From Candidatus Latescibacterota bacterium (lineage in GTDB: Bacteria; Latescibacterota; UBA2968; GCA-2709665), in NCBI GenBank assembly GCA_965219455.1, contig OZ244744.1, forward strand, positions 96,001-160,000: a stretch of 64,000 bases of DNA, in the 5' to 3' direction. A model generated the notes under the pieces. That model had not been told where the DNA came from. It saw only the letters and a program-made list of their open reading frames with translations, and did not search any database. Both the position numbers and the translations under genes were made by a program. Positions 1 through 10,387 of the stretch are shown one piece after another (the first letter of the stretch is position 1; each line of letters begins with the position of its first letter).

Positions 1-687
1 GAAGCTCAGTCCCGCCGCATCGAGTATGGCGGTAGCCAGACCCAACGTGGACTGTACAATCAAAGGCGTGAGGCAGTTCGGGAGAACAGAAAAAAACAGG
101 ATCTGAAAATCACGCGCACCAAGCGCTCGCACCGCCTGCACGTAATCCTGTCCGCGGACGGCCAGCGCTGAAGCCCGCACCAGACGGGCGTACTGGGGCA
201 CCGCCACGATTCCGACCGCCAGCATCGCATTTTCCAACCCCGGTCCCAGGATGGCTACAATGGCTATGGCCAGAAGGATGCTGGGAAATGCGAGCATCAG
301 ATCCATTGCCCGCATTAACGCCTGATCCAGCGCGCCGCCCCAGTACCCCGACACGAGCCCGATCGGTACGCCCACGATCAGCGCGATCAGTACTGCTGAA
401 ACGCCCACCCGAAGCGAAATCCGCGCGCCGTGGATGACGCGGCTCAGAACATCCCTGCCAAAATCATCCGTACCGAACGGATAGGTCAGCGACGGTGGTT
501 TGAGGCGTTCATACAAGTTCTGCGCAAACGGATCATGCGGCGCCGCCAGGGGCGCGGCGATGGCCAGCAACAGGAACCCCAACAGGAGGATACCGCCGGC
601 GGCTGCCAGTCGGTTCTTCAGGAGGCGTTTCCAGAACAGCCCGCCCCAACCGGCAGCTTGCAGGACCTGTGAAGCCTCGGATTCCAC
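1..687 (-). CDS. dppC: Peptide ABC transporter permease DppC/OppC family (3' end runs off the window)
   Basis: Manual translation from GTG at 687: ...FWKRLLKNRLA...PFGTDDFGRDVLSRVIHGARISL...DYVQAVRALGA; follows dppB. Confidence 0.9.
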   Translation of the reverse strand, partial: MESEASQVLQAAGWGGLFWKRLLKNRLAAAGGILLLGFLLLAIAAPLAAPHDPFAQNLYERLKPPSLTYPFGTDDFGRDVLSRVIHGARISLRVGVSAVLIALIVGVPIGLVSGYWGGALDQALMRAMDLMLAFPSILLAIAIVAILGPGLENAMLAVGIVAVPQYARLVRASALAVRGQDYVQAVRALGARDFQILFFSVLPNCLTPLIVQSTLGLATAILDAAGLSF

Positions 688-719
688 GGTTGATCCCGGA
701 TGTGGATGAAATAGCGGGT

Positions 720-1733
720 TTACGTTTCGTTCTGGTGTCTGATTCGCGGGTCCAGCCACGCGTACATCACGTCGGCAACGAGATTGATAAGCGCAAACGT
801 CAGCGCAACCAGCAGTACCCCTCCCTGAACGGCCCGGAAGTCCCTTGAATATACCGCTAGCAGAAGCCACCGCCCCACGCCCGGCCATGCGAATATCGTT
901 TCCGTAATTACCGCTCCGCCGAGCAGGAATCCGAACTGCAGACTGATTACCGTCAGCACGGGAATAAACGCATTTTTCAAGGCGTGTCGGAAGATTACGA
1001 CCCACTCCGAAAGCCCCTTTGCCCAGGCCGTACGCACATAGTCCTCCTTGAGCACGTCCAGAAGGCTGGATCGCGTCATGCGCGCAATCACCGCCATCGG
1101 CACGGTGGCCAGGGTAAGACCGGGCAACACGAGATGCCAGGCGGCGTCGCCAAAGGCCGGCCAATCCCAGGCAAGCAGGCTGTCAATCAGATAGAGACCG
1201 GTCACTTCCGGAATAAACAGGTGGGTGCTGAGCCGTCCGGATACGGGAAATAACCCGAGAAACACCGACATCAGCAGAATAACCATTAAGCCCAGCCAGA
1301 AAATGGGCATCGAGAGCCCGGCAAGGGAAACCGTCATGCCGAGATAGTCCACCACGGAACCCTTGCGGGACGCCGAAACCACGCCGGCGAATATTCCGAC
1401 TCCGCAGGCAAGCAGCATGCTCATCAATGTGAGTTCAAGTGTCGCGGGGAACCTGGCCAGCAACTCGGAGGAAACTTTCGCGTGGGACTTGAAGGAACGC
1501 CCCAGGTCGCCCTGCAGCAAACCCCACAGGTACAGGCCGAGCTGTACATGCAGTTCCTGATCCAACCCCAGTTGCTTTCGCAGCTCCGCCACCTGTTCCG
1601 CGTTGGCGCGTTCACCAAGCATCACCTGCGCCGGATCGCCAGGAACGAAATGAACCATCAGAAACACCAGAACCACGATTCCCAGCAGCATGGGGACGAG
1701 TAGAAGCAAACGTTTCAGGATAAAGACGCCCAT
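720..1733 (-). CDS. dppB: Peptide ABC transporter permease DppB/OppB family
   Basis: MGVFILKRLL, VPGDPA, GDLGRS, DYVRTAWAKGL (EAA-like loop), ETIFAWPGVG, LDPRIR. Confidence 0.93.
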   Translation of the reverse strand: MGVFILKRLLLLVPMLLGIVVLVFLMVHFVPGDPAQVMLGERANAEQVAELRKQLGLDQELHVQLGLYLWGLLQGDLGRSFKSHAKVSSELLARFPATLELTLMSMLLACGVGIFAGVVSASRKGSVVDYLGMTVSLAGLSMPIFWLGLMVILLMSVFLGLFPVSGRLSTHLFIPEVTGLYLIDSLLAWDWPAFGDAAWHLVLPGLTLATVPMAVIARMTRSSLLDVLKEDYVRTAWAKGLSEWVVIFRHALKNAFIPVLTVISLQFGFLLGGAVITETIFAWPGVGRWLLLAVYSRDFRAVQGGVLLVALTFALINLVADVMYAWLDPRIRHQNET

Positions 1734-1794
1734 GATGGGTATCGCCTCGAAATTAACGGGAAGATGCCAATTCATCCAGGATCGAATGGCGCTT

Positions 1795-3357
1795 TCAATC
1801 CGTTTCCGCGATTCGCACGTTCTGGAACCACTTGCTACCGGTTGGATGCAGAGCAAAACCGCTTACCGTCTTCTTGAACGCAGCGGTCTGCGCCGCGTGC
1901 ACGAGGGGCACCCAGGGCGCATCGTGGAACACGATCTCCTGCGCCTTTCGGTAAAGCCCGGTCCTCACGGCGATGTCCACTTCCCTTTGCGCCTGCAACA
2001 GCACGTCGTGCAGTTCGTCGCTGCGGTAGAACGCGATATTGTTGGCGGGATGTCGAGTCGCGCTCTTATCCAGCAGGACGTACAGAAAATTATCCGGGTC
2101 GCCATTGTCTCCGGTCCAACCCAGTAGCGCCATATCGTGCTGACCCCTGGAAACCTTGTCCAGATAGGTTCCCCATTCGTAACTCACGATCTCGGCCTGG
2201 ATACCGACCGCCTGCAGATCGGCCTGGATGGCCTGGGCTATCTTCCTGGGCTGCGGCATGTACGGGCGCGGCACCGGCATAGCCCACAGCGTGGTCTTGA
2301 ATCCATCCGTATAACCGGCTTCGGCCAGAAGCTCGCGGGCCAGTTCGGGATCGTAGGCGTATCCTTCAATGCCTTCGTGATAGCTCCACATCGACGGTGG
2401 AATCGGATTGACCGCAGGCAACGCCAGACCTTGATACAGATTGTCCACCAGCGCCTGTTTGTGGATGGCATGGTTCACCGCCCGCCGCACCTTGATGAGG
2501 TGGAACGGCGCCCGATCCATGTTCATTGCCAGATACCCGACGTTCATTCCCGGCTGGGTCAGGAGCCGAAGGTTCGGATGCTCTTCAATATTCGGGATAA
2601 AATCGGGCACCAGATGATCCATTCCGTCGATCGAACCCTGGATGAGTGCAATCAGACGCACGGAATTCTCCGGAATGCTTCTGAAAATCAGCCGGTCGAT
2701 CTGCGGCGCATCGGCCCAGTAGTCGGGATTACGCTCCAGTACCACCCGGTCATCCCGTATCCATTGCACAAACCGAAACGGGCCTGTGCCCACGGGGTTC
2801 CGTGGAAAGTCCGCTCCGTGTTTCCGCACGGCCGAGGGACTCACGATCCCACAGAAATTCATCGCGAGATTCGACAGAAACGGTGCATTTGGACGCGTCA
2901 GCGCGATGGAAACCGTATGATCGTCCACTTTCGTCACATCCCCGACGATGTCGCTCATCGACATACTGTTCCAATACTGGTACGCGCCTTCCACACGATG
3001 AAACGGATGGTCGGGCTTAAACTGCCGGGCCAGCGAAAACACCACCGCTTCCGCGTTGAACGGTGTACCATCGTGGAACCGAACGTTTTTCCTGAGTTGA
3101 AACGTCCACGTTTTCAGATCATCCGACGTCGTCCACGCCTCTGCCAGACCCGGCGCCAACTCGGTATTTCCCTGGCGGAAGGTTACAAGCGTATCATAGA
3201 TGTTGTCACAGACCTTGAATGACTCGCCATCGGTCTCCAGTGCGGGATCCAGCCCCACGGTATCACCGCCCCTCCCGAACACCAGGGTTCGGGGGCGCTC
3301 AGCAACGCAGGCGGCGGCGGTCAGCAACACAAACAGAAGAAAAACACGCATCCGCAT
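1795..3357 (-). CDS. dppA: Peptide ABC transporter substrate-binding lipoprotein (DppA-like, family 5)
   Basis: Lipobox AAAC, LDPA, PGLAEAW, VRFHDGTPFNA, PVGTGPF, GWTGDNGDPDNF; GGAG RBS before ATG 3357. Confidence 0.92.
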   Translation of the reverse strand: MRMRVFLLFVLLTAAACVAERPRTLVFGRGGDTVGLDPALETDGESFKVCDNIYDTLVTFRQGNTELAPGLAEAWTTSDDLKTWTFQLRKNVRFHDGTPFNAEAVVFSLARQFKPDHPFHRVEGAYQYWNSMSMSDIVGDVTKVDDHTVSIALTRPNAPFLSNLAMNFCGIVSPSAVRKHGADFPRNPVGTGPFRFVQWIRDDRVVLERNPDYWADAPQIDRLIFRSIPENSVRLIALIQGSIDGMDHLVPDFIPNIEEHPNLRLLTQPGMNVGYLAMNMDRAPFHLIKVRRAVNHAIHKQALVDNLYQGLALPAVNPIPPSMWSYHEGIEGYAYDPELARELLAEAGYTDGFKTTLWAMPVPRPYMPQPRKIAQAIQADLQAVGIQAEIVSYEWGTYLDKVSRGQHDMALLGWTGDNGDPDNFLYVLLDKSATRHPANNIAFYRSDELHDVLLQAQREVDIAVRTGLYRKAQEIVFHDAPWVPLVHAAQTAAFKKTVSGFALHPTGSKWFQNVRIAETD

Positions 3358-3373
3358 AGACGATCTCCCCAAG

Positions 3374-3394
3374 AAAAAGCGGCCGGAAGGCCGT
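3374..3394 (-). terminator. Candidate intrinsic terminator between the epimerase gene and dppA
   Basis: Minus strand ACGGCC-TTCC-GGCCGC followed by TTTTT. Confidence 0.5.
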
Positions 3395-3435
3395 ATGACA
3401 CACCCTGCTGACCGCTGACGTCGGACATCCGTTTG

Positions 3436-4434
3436 CTACTCGGCGAACGCCGCGTCGAATGCCACAGCCGACGGCACGAAATCCACGCTGTTCACAAACG
3501 CACACGCCTCTGCCGCCCCGTGTTCCCGGTCCATTCCGGAATCCTCCCACTCCACGGACAGGGGGCCGCCATAACCAACGCCGTTCAACGCGCGAATGAT
3601 TTCTTCAAAGTCCACGCTGCCCCGGCCCAGGGACCGGAAATCCCAGGAACGATCCGTGTCGCCAAACTCGGTGTGCCCGCCAAAAATTCCAGCTCGCGTG
3701 GGCAGTGGCGAGAGATACGCGTCTTTCATGTGGACATGGTAGATGCGTTCCTTAAACTCACGTATAAACGCCACGTAATCCACATTCTGGTAAACCAGAT
3801 GGCTGGGATCGTAATTGAAACCGAACTCGCTTCTGCCCCCCAGCGCCGCGACCGCCCGTGCGGCGGAGGCGCTATCGAACGCGATTTCCGTTGGATGCAC
3901 TTCCAGGGCAAACCGAACGTCGCTCTTTCCGAACGTATCCAGAATGGGATTCCATCGATCCGCGAAATCCCTGAAACCGGCATCGATCGCAACCGGAGAC
4001 ACCGGCGGAAACGAATACAGCAGATGCCAGATGGACGACCCGGTAAAGCCGTTGACGACGCTTACGCCAAGCGCCCTGGCCGCCTCGGCCGATGTCATCA
4101 TATCCTCGGCCGCCCGGCGTTTCACCTCTTCCGGTTTCCCATTCCCCCACACGTGAGGGGGCAGAATCGCACGATGACGTTCGTCTATATTGTCGCAAAC
4201 CGCTTGTCCGACGAGATGATTGCTGATCGCCCAGAACTTCAGCCCGTGCTTTTCCAGAATCTCGTGCCGACTCCGGCAATAGCCATCGCTGGAGGCAGCC
4301 TCGCGGACGTCCAGATGGTCTCCCCAGCACGCCAGCTCCAACCCGTCGTACCCGAACTCCGCGGCTTTCTCTGCCATCACATCCAGGGTAAGATCCGCCC
4401 ATTGTCCGGTAAACAACGTACAGGGCCTCGCCAT
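3436..4434 (-). CDS. Sugar phosphate isomerase/epimerase (xylose-isomerase-like TIM barrel), possible 3-keto-glycoside hydratase/eliminase
   Basis: [54 protein letters not shown]. Confidence 0.85.
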   Translation of the reverse strand: MARPCTLFTGQWADLTLDVMAEKAAEFGYDGLELACWGDHLDVREAASSDGYCRSRHEILEKHGLKFWAISNHLVGQAVCDNIDERHRAILPPHVWGNGKPEEVKRRAAEDMMTSAEAARALGVSVVNGFTGSSIWHLLYSFPPVSPVAIDAGFRDFADRWNPILDTFGKSDVRFALEVHPTEIAFDSASAARAVAALGGRSEFGFNYDPSHLVYQNVDYVAFIREFKERIYHVHMKDAYLSPLPTRAGIFGGHTEFGDTDRSWDFRSLGRGSVDFEEIIRALNGVGYGGPLSVEWEDSGMDREHGAAEACAFVNSVDFVPSAVAFDAAFAE

Positions 4435-4503
4435 AACCTTTACTCCTTCCAAATGCCCACAGCTTCCGCCTGTCGCGCGAACCGCGCAGCCGGCTGCCGG
4501 GGA

Positions 4504-5673
4504 TTACACTTCCGGGACCTCCTGCCACCGGTCCGATCTCGCCGAATCGCTGGCCGCCTCGAGCACGGCCTGAACCCGTGCGCCTTCCTTGAAATTCGGT
4601 GACGCCTCCCGGTCGTTGGCGATCGCTTCGAAAAAATCCTTGATCTCATGCACAAATGAATGCTCCCACCCGACGATGTGGCCCGGCGGCCACCATGCCG
4701 ATATGTACGGATGTACGCCTTCGTTCACGATGATCTCACGGAATCCCTGTATGTGCCCCTCATCCTCGCGGGAATAGAATTGCAGTTCGTTCATCTTTTC
4801 CAGGTTGAACGCGAGACTGCCTTTGCTTCCGTTAATTTCAAACCGGTTGTGATTGCGCCTGCCCGCCGCAAACCGGGTGGCCTCGAACGATCCCAGGGCA
4901 CCGCTATTGAATCGTGCAAGGAACAGGGTTGCATCATCTACCGTGACCGATCCCATCTGTTTGGATTTTCCGCCCGTCGCGCCCAGCGACGAATCGATCG
5001 ATTCCGCCAACGGGCGTTCCTTGATGAACGTCGTGTCGGCGGCGACGACAGAACGAATATCTCCCACGAGATGCAGCGCCAGGTCGATTATGTGCGCATT
5101 CAGATCCCCGTGCGGCCCGGAGCCCGCCTTGTCCTTCTCGAAACGCCAAACCATCGGGAAATCAGGGTCGACAATCCAGTCCTGCAGATACACTGCGCGC
5201 CAGTGATAAATCTGACCGATTCGCCCCTCTTCAATCAACTGTTTGGCCAGGGCAACCGCAGGTACACGCCGGTAATTGTACGCGACCATTGTTTTCCCGT
5301 CGGACGCTTCGGATGCCCTCAACATCGTCTGCGCCTCCCGGAGATTATTCGCAAGCGGCTTTTCGCAGATAACATGCTTGCCGGCTTCCAGTGCGGCAAT
5401 CGCCATCGGCATATGCAGATTCCCCGGCGTGCAGATATCGATCACGTCAATATCATCCCGCGCAACCACGTCCTCCCAATTCGTATTCCACTCCTCCCAT
5501 CCGAACGTCCGTGCCGCCGCCGCCACGTTGTCTCTGTTCGAACCACAGATCACCTTCATAACCGGCTCGACGCCCGTATCCGGGAAAAACATCGATACCT
5601 TCCGGAACGCATTGCTGTGGGCCTTGCCCATAAACGAATAGCCCAACAGCCCGATATTCAATCGCGTGGCCAT
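4504..5673 (-). CDS. Gfo/Idh/MocA oxidoreductase, levoglucosan-dehydrogenase-like
   Basis: GYSFMGKAH, GKHVICEKP, YNYRRVPAV, YLQDW, GDLNAH, EATRFAAGR. Confidence 0.9.
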   Translation of the reverse strand: MATRLNIGLLGYSFMGKAHSNAFRKVSMFFPDTGVEPVMKVICGSNRDNVAAAARTFGWEEWNTNWEDVVARDDIDVIDICTPGNLHMPMAIAALEAGKHVICEKPLANNLREAQTMLRASEASDGKTMVAYNYRRVPAVALAKQLIEEGRIGQIYHWRAVYLQDWIVDPDFPMVWRFEKDKAGSGPHGDLNAHIIDLALHLVGDIRSVVAADTTFIKERPLAESIDSSLGATGGKSKQMGSVTVDDATLFLARFNSGALGSFEATRFAAGRRNHNRFEINGSKGSLAFNLEKMNELQFYSREDEGHIQGFREIIVNEGVHPYISAWWPPGHIVGWEHSFVHEIKDFFEAIANDREASPNFKEGARVQAVLEAASDSARSDRWQEVPEV

Positions 5674-5724
5674 AAAATCCCCCTTGTCCCATTCCGATGC
5701 CGAATCCGTATCAGAAGCGGATTC

Positions 5725-5752
5725 AATATATGATTCTACAACACCGTGTCAA
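5725..5752 (-). promoter_or_regulatory. Sigma70-like promoter of the oxidoreductase/epimerase operon
   Basis: TTGACA-16 nt-TATATT on the minus strand. Confidence 0.55.
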
Positions 5753-5879
5753 CGCCTATCCAACTTCGAAAATTTGGATTCACAGACGCTGAAAAGCGGA
5801 CTTCGGACGGCGTTCGACGGAAAATCCTCCGCCATATTCGTGTGAAATGTCGCCTGACGTTTTTCGAGTCAAGTCTTAC

Positions 5880-7181
5880 TCAATCGGTCGTGTAACCGAT
5901 GCAATACAGATGCGTCGCCGTCCGAATGAAAAGCTGCGATCCGGAAGACACGGGCGATGACAACGTGTACGTGCCGTCCAGTTCATTGGTAGCCAGAACC
6001 TCGAATTTCGGCCCGGCGGCCAGGACGGTCGTCACAGCATATTCATTCAACAGAAACAGCTTGCCATCAGCCAGATGAGGTGACGCGCTAACAACGCCCT
6101 GTGCCGTTCTCTCGGCCCCCCACACAACGGCACCGGTCTTTGCGTCGAGACAGGTTGCAAGACCGCGATCGTCGACCATGTAAAAGTACTTCCCGTCACA
6201 GGCTGGCGTGGGCACATCCGGCGAGCCGGCACCCTCCCACTTCCACACCACGTTGTCGGAAATATCGCCCGTGCCGCCGGCAGCCAGCGCCAGCAAGGGC
6301 CGTCGGCGGGTCGGCGCATAAATCATCTCGCCGACCACCACGGGAGACGCCACGATCCGATAATTACCCCTCCGTTCCGGATTCAATCCCTCAGCCCGCC
6401 AGATTTCGCGCCCCGTTTCCGGATCGTGCCCGGTCACACAATCCCCGCCCGTAATCACAATCTGAGTTTTGCCGCCTTGCTTCAGCAGCGCGGGGGTCGT
6501 GTACGAATCGGGAGACTCCCACACGGCATCCGTCGCGCGCGCCTCGCGCCAGACTTCCTTTCCGTTCGCGTCGTCCAACGCGACGATATACGAGGGTTCA
6601 TCCGTGCGCATTCCGTGAAACACCTGCAGGATGAGCTTGTTATCGTACAGAATCGGTGACGACGCGTACCCGAAATTCAGACCGAAGTCGCCGTAGTCCT
6701 TTTGAAGACTGTGCGTCCACACCGCCTTCCCATCCATGTCCAGGCACGTGACAACCCCATTGCCCGTAACCACCCACACGTGCGCGCCGTCCGTTACGGG
6801 CGAAGGCGACGAGTTGTTGTGTTTGCGCCAAAGAACGTTGCCCTCATCCAATTTGTAACGCCAGCGTTCAACGCCGTCTTGTTTTGACAGACACAGGACA
6901 AATATCTCCGGCCCACCCGGTTCCCGTTCCTCCGGCCTTTGCGCAGGCGACGGCGAAGTCAGAAAAATGCGATCTTTCCAGATAACGGGCGTGCTACCGC
7001 TCCACGAGGGTAATTCGGTCTTCCAGATGATATTTTCCTCAAGGCTCCACGACGCGGGGAGATTCGTGGCCGAGCTAACCCCGTTTTGCTGCGGCCCGCG
7101 CCACTGCGGCCAGTTATCGGCGTGAATGCCGAGCGGGAAAAGTGCCAAAATACAAACCACGCGTGTAATTTGACCAACCAT
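5880..7181 (-). CDS. Secreted PQQ-like beta-propeller protein (BamB-like repeats)
   Basis: Signal peptide, then NWPQWRGP; repeated WKT/SSP/LD.KTG..VW propeller motifs. Confidence 0.85.
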   Translation of the reverse strand: MVGQITRVVCILALFPLGIHADNWPQWRGPQQNGVSSATNLPASWSLEENIIWKTELPSWSGSTPVIWKDRIFLTSPSPAQRPEEREPGGPEIFVLCLSKQDGVERWRYKLDEGNVLWRKHNNSSPSPVTDGAHVWVVTGNGVVTCLDMDGKAVWTHSLQKDYGDFGLNFGYASSPILYDNKLILQVFHGMRTDEPSYIVALDDANGKEVWREARATDAVWESPDSYTTPALLKQGGKTQIVITGGDCVTGHDPETGREIWRAEGLNPERRGNYRIVASPVVVGEMIYAPTRRRPLLALAAGGTGDISDNVVWKWEGAGSPDVPTPACDGKYFYMVDDRGLATCLDAKTGAVVWGAERTAQGVVSASPHLADGKLFLLNEYAVTTVLAAGPKFEVLATNELDGTYTLSSPVSSGSQLFIRTATHLYCIGYTTD

Positions 7182-7425
7182 GGAATTTTCTCCTCAAGAG
7201 TGAGACATTCACTTTGTTTTTCATCAAATTTGACAGATATTACCTTCTGATGGTTCCCGCGTTCCCACAGGCGCCGCGATGGGATGGTTGCCAGGCGTTT
7301 TCAACCCGGCCTATCCTGTAGGGCAAGTGCAAATTTCAAATGAAACGGCATTGGCGTTCAATCAGCAGCGAAAGGTTCGACCGTCTCGCAGCATCCCGTG
7401 CAATCCCAAACTGAAAGGACAATAC

Positions 7426-8004
7426 ATGCAACTATTCGACGGTAATACCCTCGACGGCTGGGCAGCCACCGGCAATCCCGGCGGTTGGACCGTAGATCAG
7501 GGCTGTATCTTCTGCACCGCTGAAAACGGAAAATACCTGTATTATACGAACGACCAATTCAGGAATTTCGAACTATCGCTCGAGTTCAAACACCCGCCCG
7601 GAGCCAACAGCGGCGTATTCTTCCGCTGGACCGATCTGGATAACCCGGTGCAGACCGGTGTTGAAATCCAAATCCTGGATACGCATGGTCGCGAACCCGC
7701 AACCACCAAATGCTGCGGCGCGGTCTATGATGTACAGGCCCCCACGCACAACGCCTGCAATCCCGCGGGCGAATGGAATCACATGATCCTCTACGCCGTG
7801 GACAACATCATCCGGGTTATCTTAAACGGAGAGCAAATCACCGACATGGACCTCAGCCGCTGGACCGCCCCGGGCCGCAACCCGGACGGTACCCCCAACA
7901 AATTCGACCGGGCATACCGCGAAATGACCGAATCCGGCTACATCGGGCTTCAGGACCACAATAGCCGGATCTGGTTCCGCAACATGGAAATCGAAAAACG
8001 CTGA
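7426..8004 (+). CDS. DUF1080 (3-keto-disaccharide hydrolase family) protein
   Basis: MQLFDGNTLDGW, NSGVFFR, EIQILD, GEWN, GYIGLQDH..IWFRN; AAGGA RBS. Confidence 0.88.
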   Translation: MQLFDGNTLDGWAATGNPGGWTVDQGCIFCTAENGKYLYYTNDQFRNFELSLEFKHPPGANSGVFFRWTDLDNPVQTGVEIQILDTHGREPATTKCCGAVYDVQAPTHNACNPAGEWNHMILYAVDNIIRVILNGEQITDMDLSRWTAPGRNPDGTPNKFDRAYREMTESGYIGLQDHNSRIWFRNMEIEKR

Positions 8005-8017
8005 CCCACCCGAAAAA

Positions 8018-8052
8018 GAAGCCAACCCGCTCGGCAGCAGGTCGGCTTGTTT
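8018..8052. terminator. Hairpin between convergent genes, possibly bidirectional terminator
   Basis: AAGCCAACC...GGTCGGCTT imperfect inverted repeat flanked by A- and T-rich runs. Confidence 0.45.
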
Positions 8053-8084
8053 AAAGATCGAATACCGCCCGCAGCCTCGAACCC

Positions 8085-9347
8085 CTACAACCCGTAGTGC
8101 GCGTCGATTGCCCTCTGGTATCCGTCCACCTCGCCGCGCAGCATCTCCTCCAGAGACACCTCCCGTCCCAGCAGTCCCGATTCCAGGATCGCGTAGCTCA
8201 ACGCCAGGTCTATCGTCCCCTCCTCCCCGGACATGCGTACAGGCGAACCGTCATGGATAGCGCGCAGCCAGTCCAGGTTCTCCAGTGCGAATGCATCCGT
8301 GATCCCGGCGGGCATCGCTTCCGCCAGTTCCTTGTCCGGGGCCTCCCGTCGGAAACGCTCCAGGACGTCTTCCCCGGACCGATCCTCCGTGAAGATCTTT
8401 CCGTCGGACAACGCCCCCCGGCTGCCGAATACGTTGGTGCCTCCCGGCACCCCGATCTGCGTGCCTCTGGCGCTGCGTGCCACGGCCATATGCCCGATGG
8501 CTCCGTTTTCAAGCCTGAAATTCGAAAAGAACACGTCGTCGACCTGGTTCTCGACCTCATCCGCGACCCTGAGGTCGTCGTCCGACATCAACACCCTTAC
8601 CGGCTCGAGAATCCGCCACACGGCCTGCACCGAATGCACCGGTCCGCAAATCGTCCGCACGCCGTTGAACAGATGCACCCCCAGATCAATGGATACCCCG
8701 CCGCCGGCACCCAGCCTCGACTGCCTCCAGGGCGTACGCGCGGCAACCACATCGGGCCGGTGAGACCGGAACCCGATCGCACCGCGGTAGACCATCTGCA
8801 CGTTGCCGATCAGTCCCTGCCTGACGGCCCATCGGTTCGCGCGGACCGCCGGATTGAAGTTCACATTCTCCGCAACGCTCAACACCGTATCGGTATCGGA
8901 TGCCACTTCACACATCCGCCGTGCGGCCCGGACCGAAATCGCCAACGGCTTCTCGACCGTCACATGCCTGCCGGCCTGCATCGCATCGATGGCGATGGTG
9001 TGATGGGTATCGTGCCCCGTCAGGACGCACACCGCGTCGACCGGTCCGTGTTCAAGCATATCGCGATAGTCCGTGTAAATCGCCGCTTCCTGACCGGGAT
9101 GCAGATCGCTTATATAGGCGTGCGGCGCATTCAACGGGTCACCCGGCGCCTCCACCGGCGCCGGTCTGGGTCCCGGCCCTTCGCCCCGCGTTCGGAACCG
9201 GAGGGCATCCTCGGTCCTCCTCGCGCAGAGTGCTGTAACCCGGAAGAGATCCCCGTAACCGTTATCCTGCAGGATCCTGAACCCACGTAAATGCGCGTTC
9301 AGGATTCGCCCGCATCCGATCACGCCAATTCGAACTGCAGAAGACAT
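8085..9347 (-). CDS. Gfo/Idh/MocA oxidoreductase
   Basis: RIGVIGCGRI, GRHVTVEKP, IDLGVH. Confidence 0.85.
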   Translation of the reverse strand: MSSAVRIGVIGCGRILNAHLRGFRILQDNGYGDLFRVTALCARRTEDALRFRTRGEGPGPRPAPVEAPGDPLNAPHAYISDLHPGQEAAIYTDYRDMLEHGPVDAVCVLTGHDTHHTIAIDAMQAGRHVTVEKPLAISVRAARRMCEVASDTDTVLSVAENVNFNPAVRANRWAVRQGLIGNVQMVYRGAIGFRSHRPDVVAARTPWRQSRLGAGGGVSIDLGVHLFNGVRTICGPVHSVQAVWRILEPVRVLMSDDDLRVADEVENQVDDVFFSNFRLENGAIGHMAVARSARGTQIGVPGGTNVFGSRGALSDGKIFTEDRSGEDVLERFRREAPDKELAEAMPAGITDAFALENLDWLRAIHDGSPVRMSGEEGTIDLALSYAILESGLLGREVSLEEMLRGEVDGYQRAIDAHYGL

Positions 9348-9403
9348 ACGCGATGTCCCTTGTTCCCGTAAAATGACGAACCCTGTGTTCCTGGCACGGA
9401 ACA

Positions 9404-10387
9404 CTAGATCCAGCCCGGCGTACCAATAGTATCCGCGATCGGGATCGCCCGTTCGAGTTCCGCATCGGTCAACGGCGGCAATTCTACGGTACGTGCGTTC
9501 TCCTCCACCTGGCGGCGGTTTTTGGCCCCGGCGATGACGCACGACACCCCCGGGTGATCCAGCACAAAACGCAGCGCTGCCTGCGCCATGGTTCGCTTCC
9601 GGTCTTGCAGGAACAGCAGCTGCGGCAGCCGCTTGAGCCCATCGACCGTCTCCGGTTTGTTGAAGCGTTCGTATCGCACGTCGTTTTCGGGGATGACGTC
9701 AGCCCCGGCGCCGAAATACCTGCCCGTCAGTTGCCCCTTTGCCAGTGGCACGCGAATCAACGTGCCGATATCCTCGGCCTTCGCCCAGTGCAGCAACCCT
9801 TCCGCCGTGCGTTCCAGCAGATTATAGCCGACCTGCAACATATGTACAGGACCCAGTGACCGAAGCCTATCGACCGCTGGCCGGCTATTGGTCGAAATCC
9901 CGTACCAACGCACCTTGCCCGCCTGTCGGAGCCTCGCGAGCGCATCCATTACCGCCGGCATCGCCCAATCGTAGGGAATGGCGTGCAACTGGTAAATGTC
10001 GATATGCTCCATTCCCAACCGTTCCAGGCTTCGCTCGCACGCCTCGGTAATCCTGTTCCGCACGGCCGACTCATCCCGCGTGCCGGAGTCAACCCCCGCG
10101 TTCGGCTGGACCTTGGATGCCACGACCCACCTGTCTCTCCGGCCTCGCAGGGCCTTTCCCACCAGGATTTCGCTGTGCCCCTCGCCATAACTCTCGGCGG
10201 AATCAATCAGATTGATCCCGAGTTCCTCGCACCGGTGAATCAGCGCAATCGACTCGGAATCCTCTGTTCCGGTCCATCCGAACCGTTTACCATCCGCCTG
10301 CCTCTGCATCCCGGATATCGGAAATGCGCCCAACCCGATTTCCGAAACCTCCAATCCGGTTTGTCCAAGCGTGCGGTATTTCATCAC
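9404..10387 (-). CDS. Aldo/keto reductase
   Basis: YRTLGQTGLEVSEIGLG, IDSAESYG.G.SE, SLERL..EHIDIYQLH, GKVRWYGIS. Confidence 0.92.
   Translation of the reverse strand: MMKYRTLGQTGLEVSEIGLGAFPISGMQRQADGKRFGWTGTEDSESIALIHRCEELGINLIDSAESYGEGHSEILVGKALRGRRDRWVVASKVQPNAGVDSGTRDESAVRNRITEACERSLERLGMEHIDIYQLHAIPYDWAMPAVMDALARLRQAGKVRWYGISTNSRPAVDRLRSLGPVHMLQVGYNLLERTAEGLLHWAKAEDIGTLIRVPLAKGQLTGRYFGAGADVIPENDVRYERFNKPETVDGLKRLPQLLFLQDRKRTMAQAALRFVLDHPGVSCVIAGAKNRRQVEENARTVELPPLTDAELERAIPIADTIGTPGWI

Noticed and set aside
2137-9290. Long opposite-strand ORFs such as 2137..3222, 3433..4602, 4660..5733 and 8097..9290 (and many similar ones elsewhere)
   Set aside because: They shadow well-supported genes, carry no recognisable motifs and are expected in GC-rich DNA.
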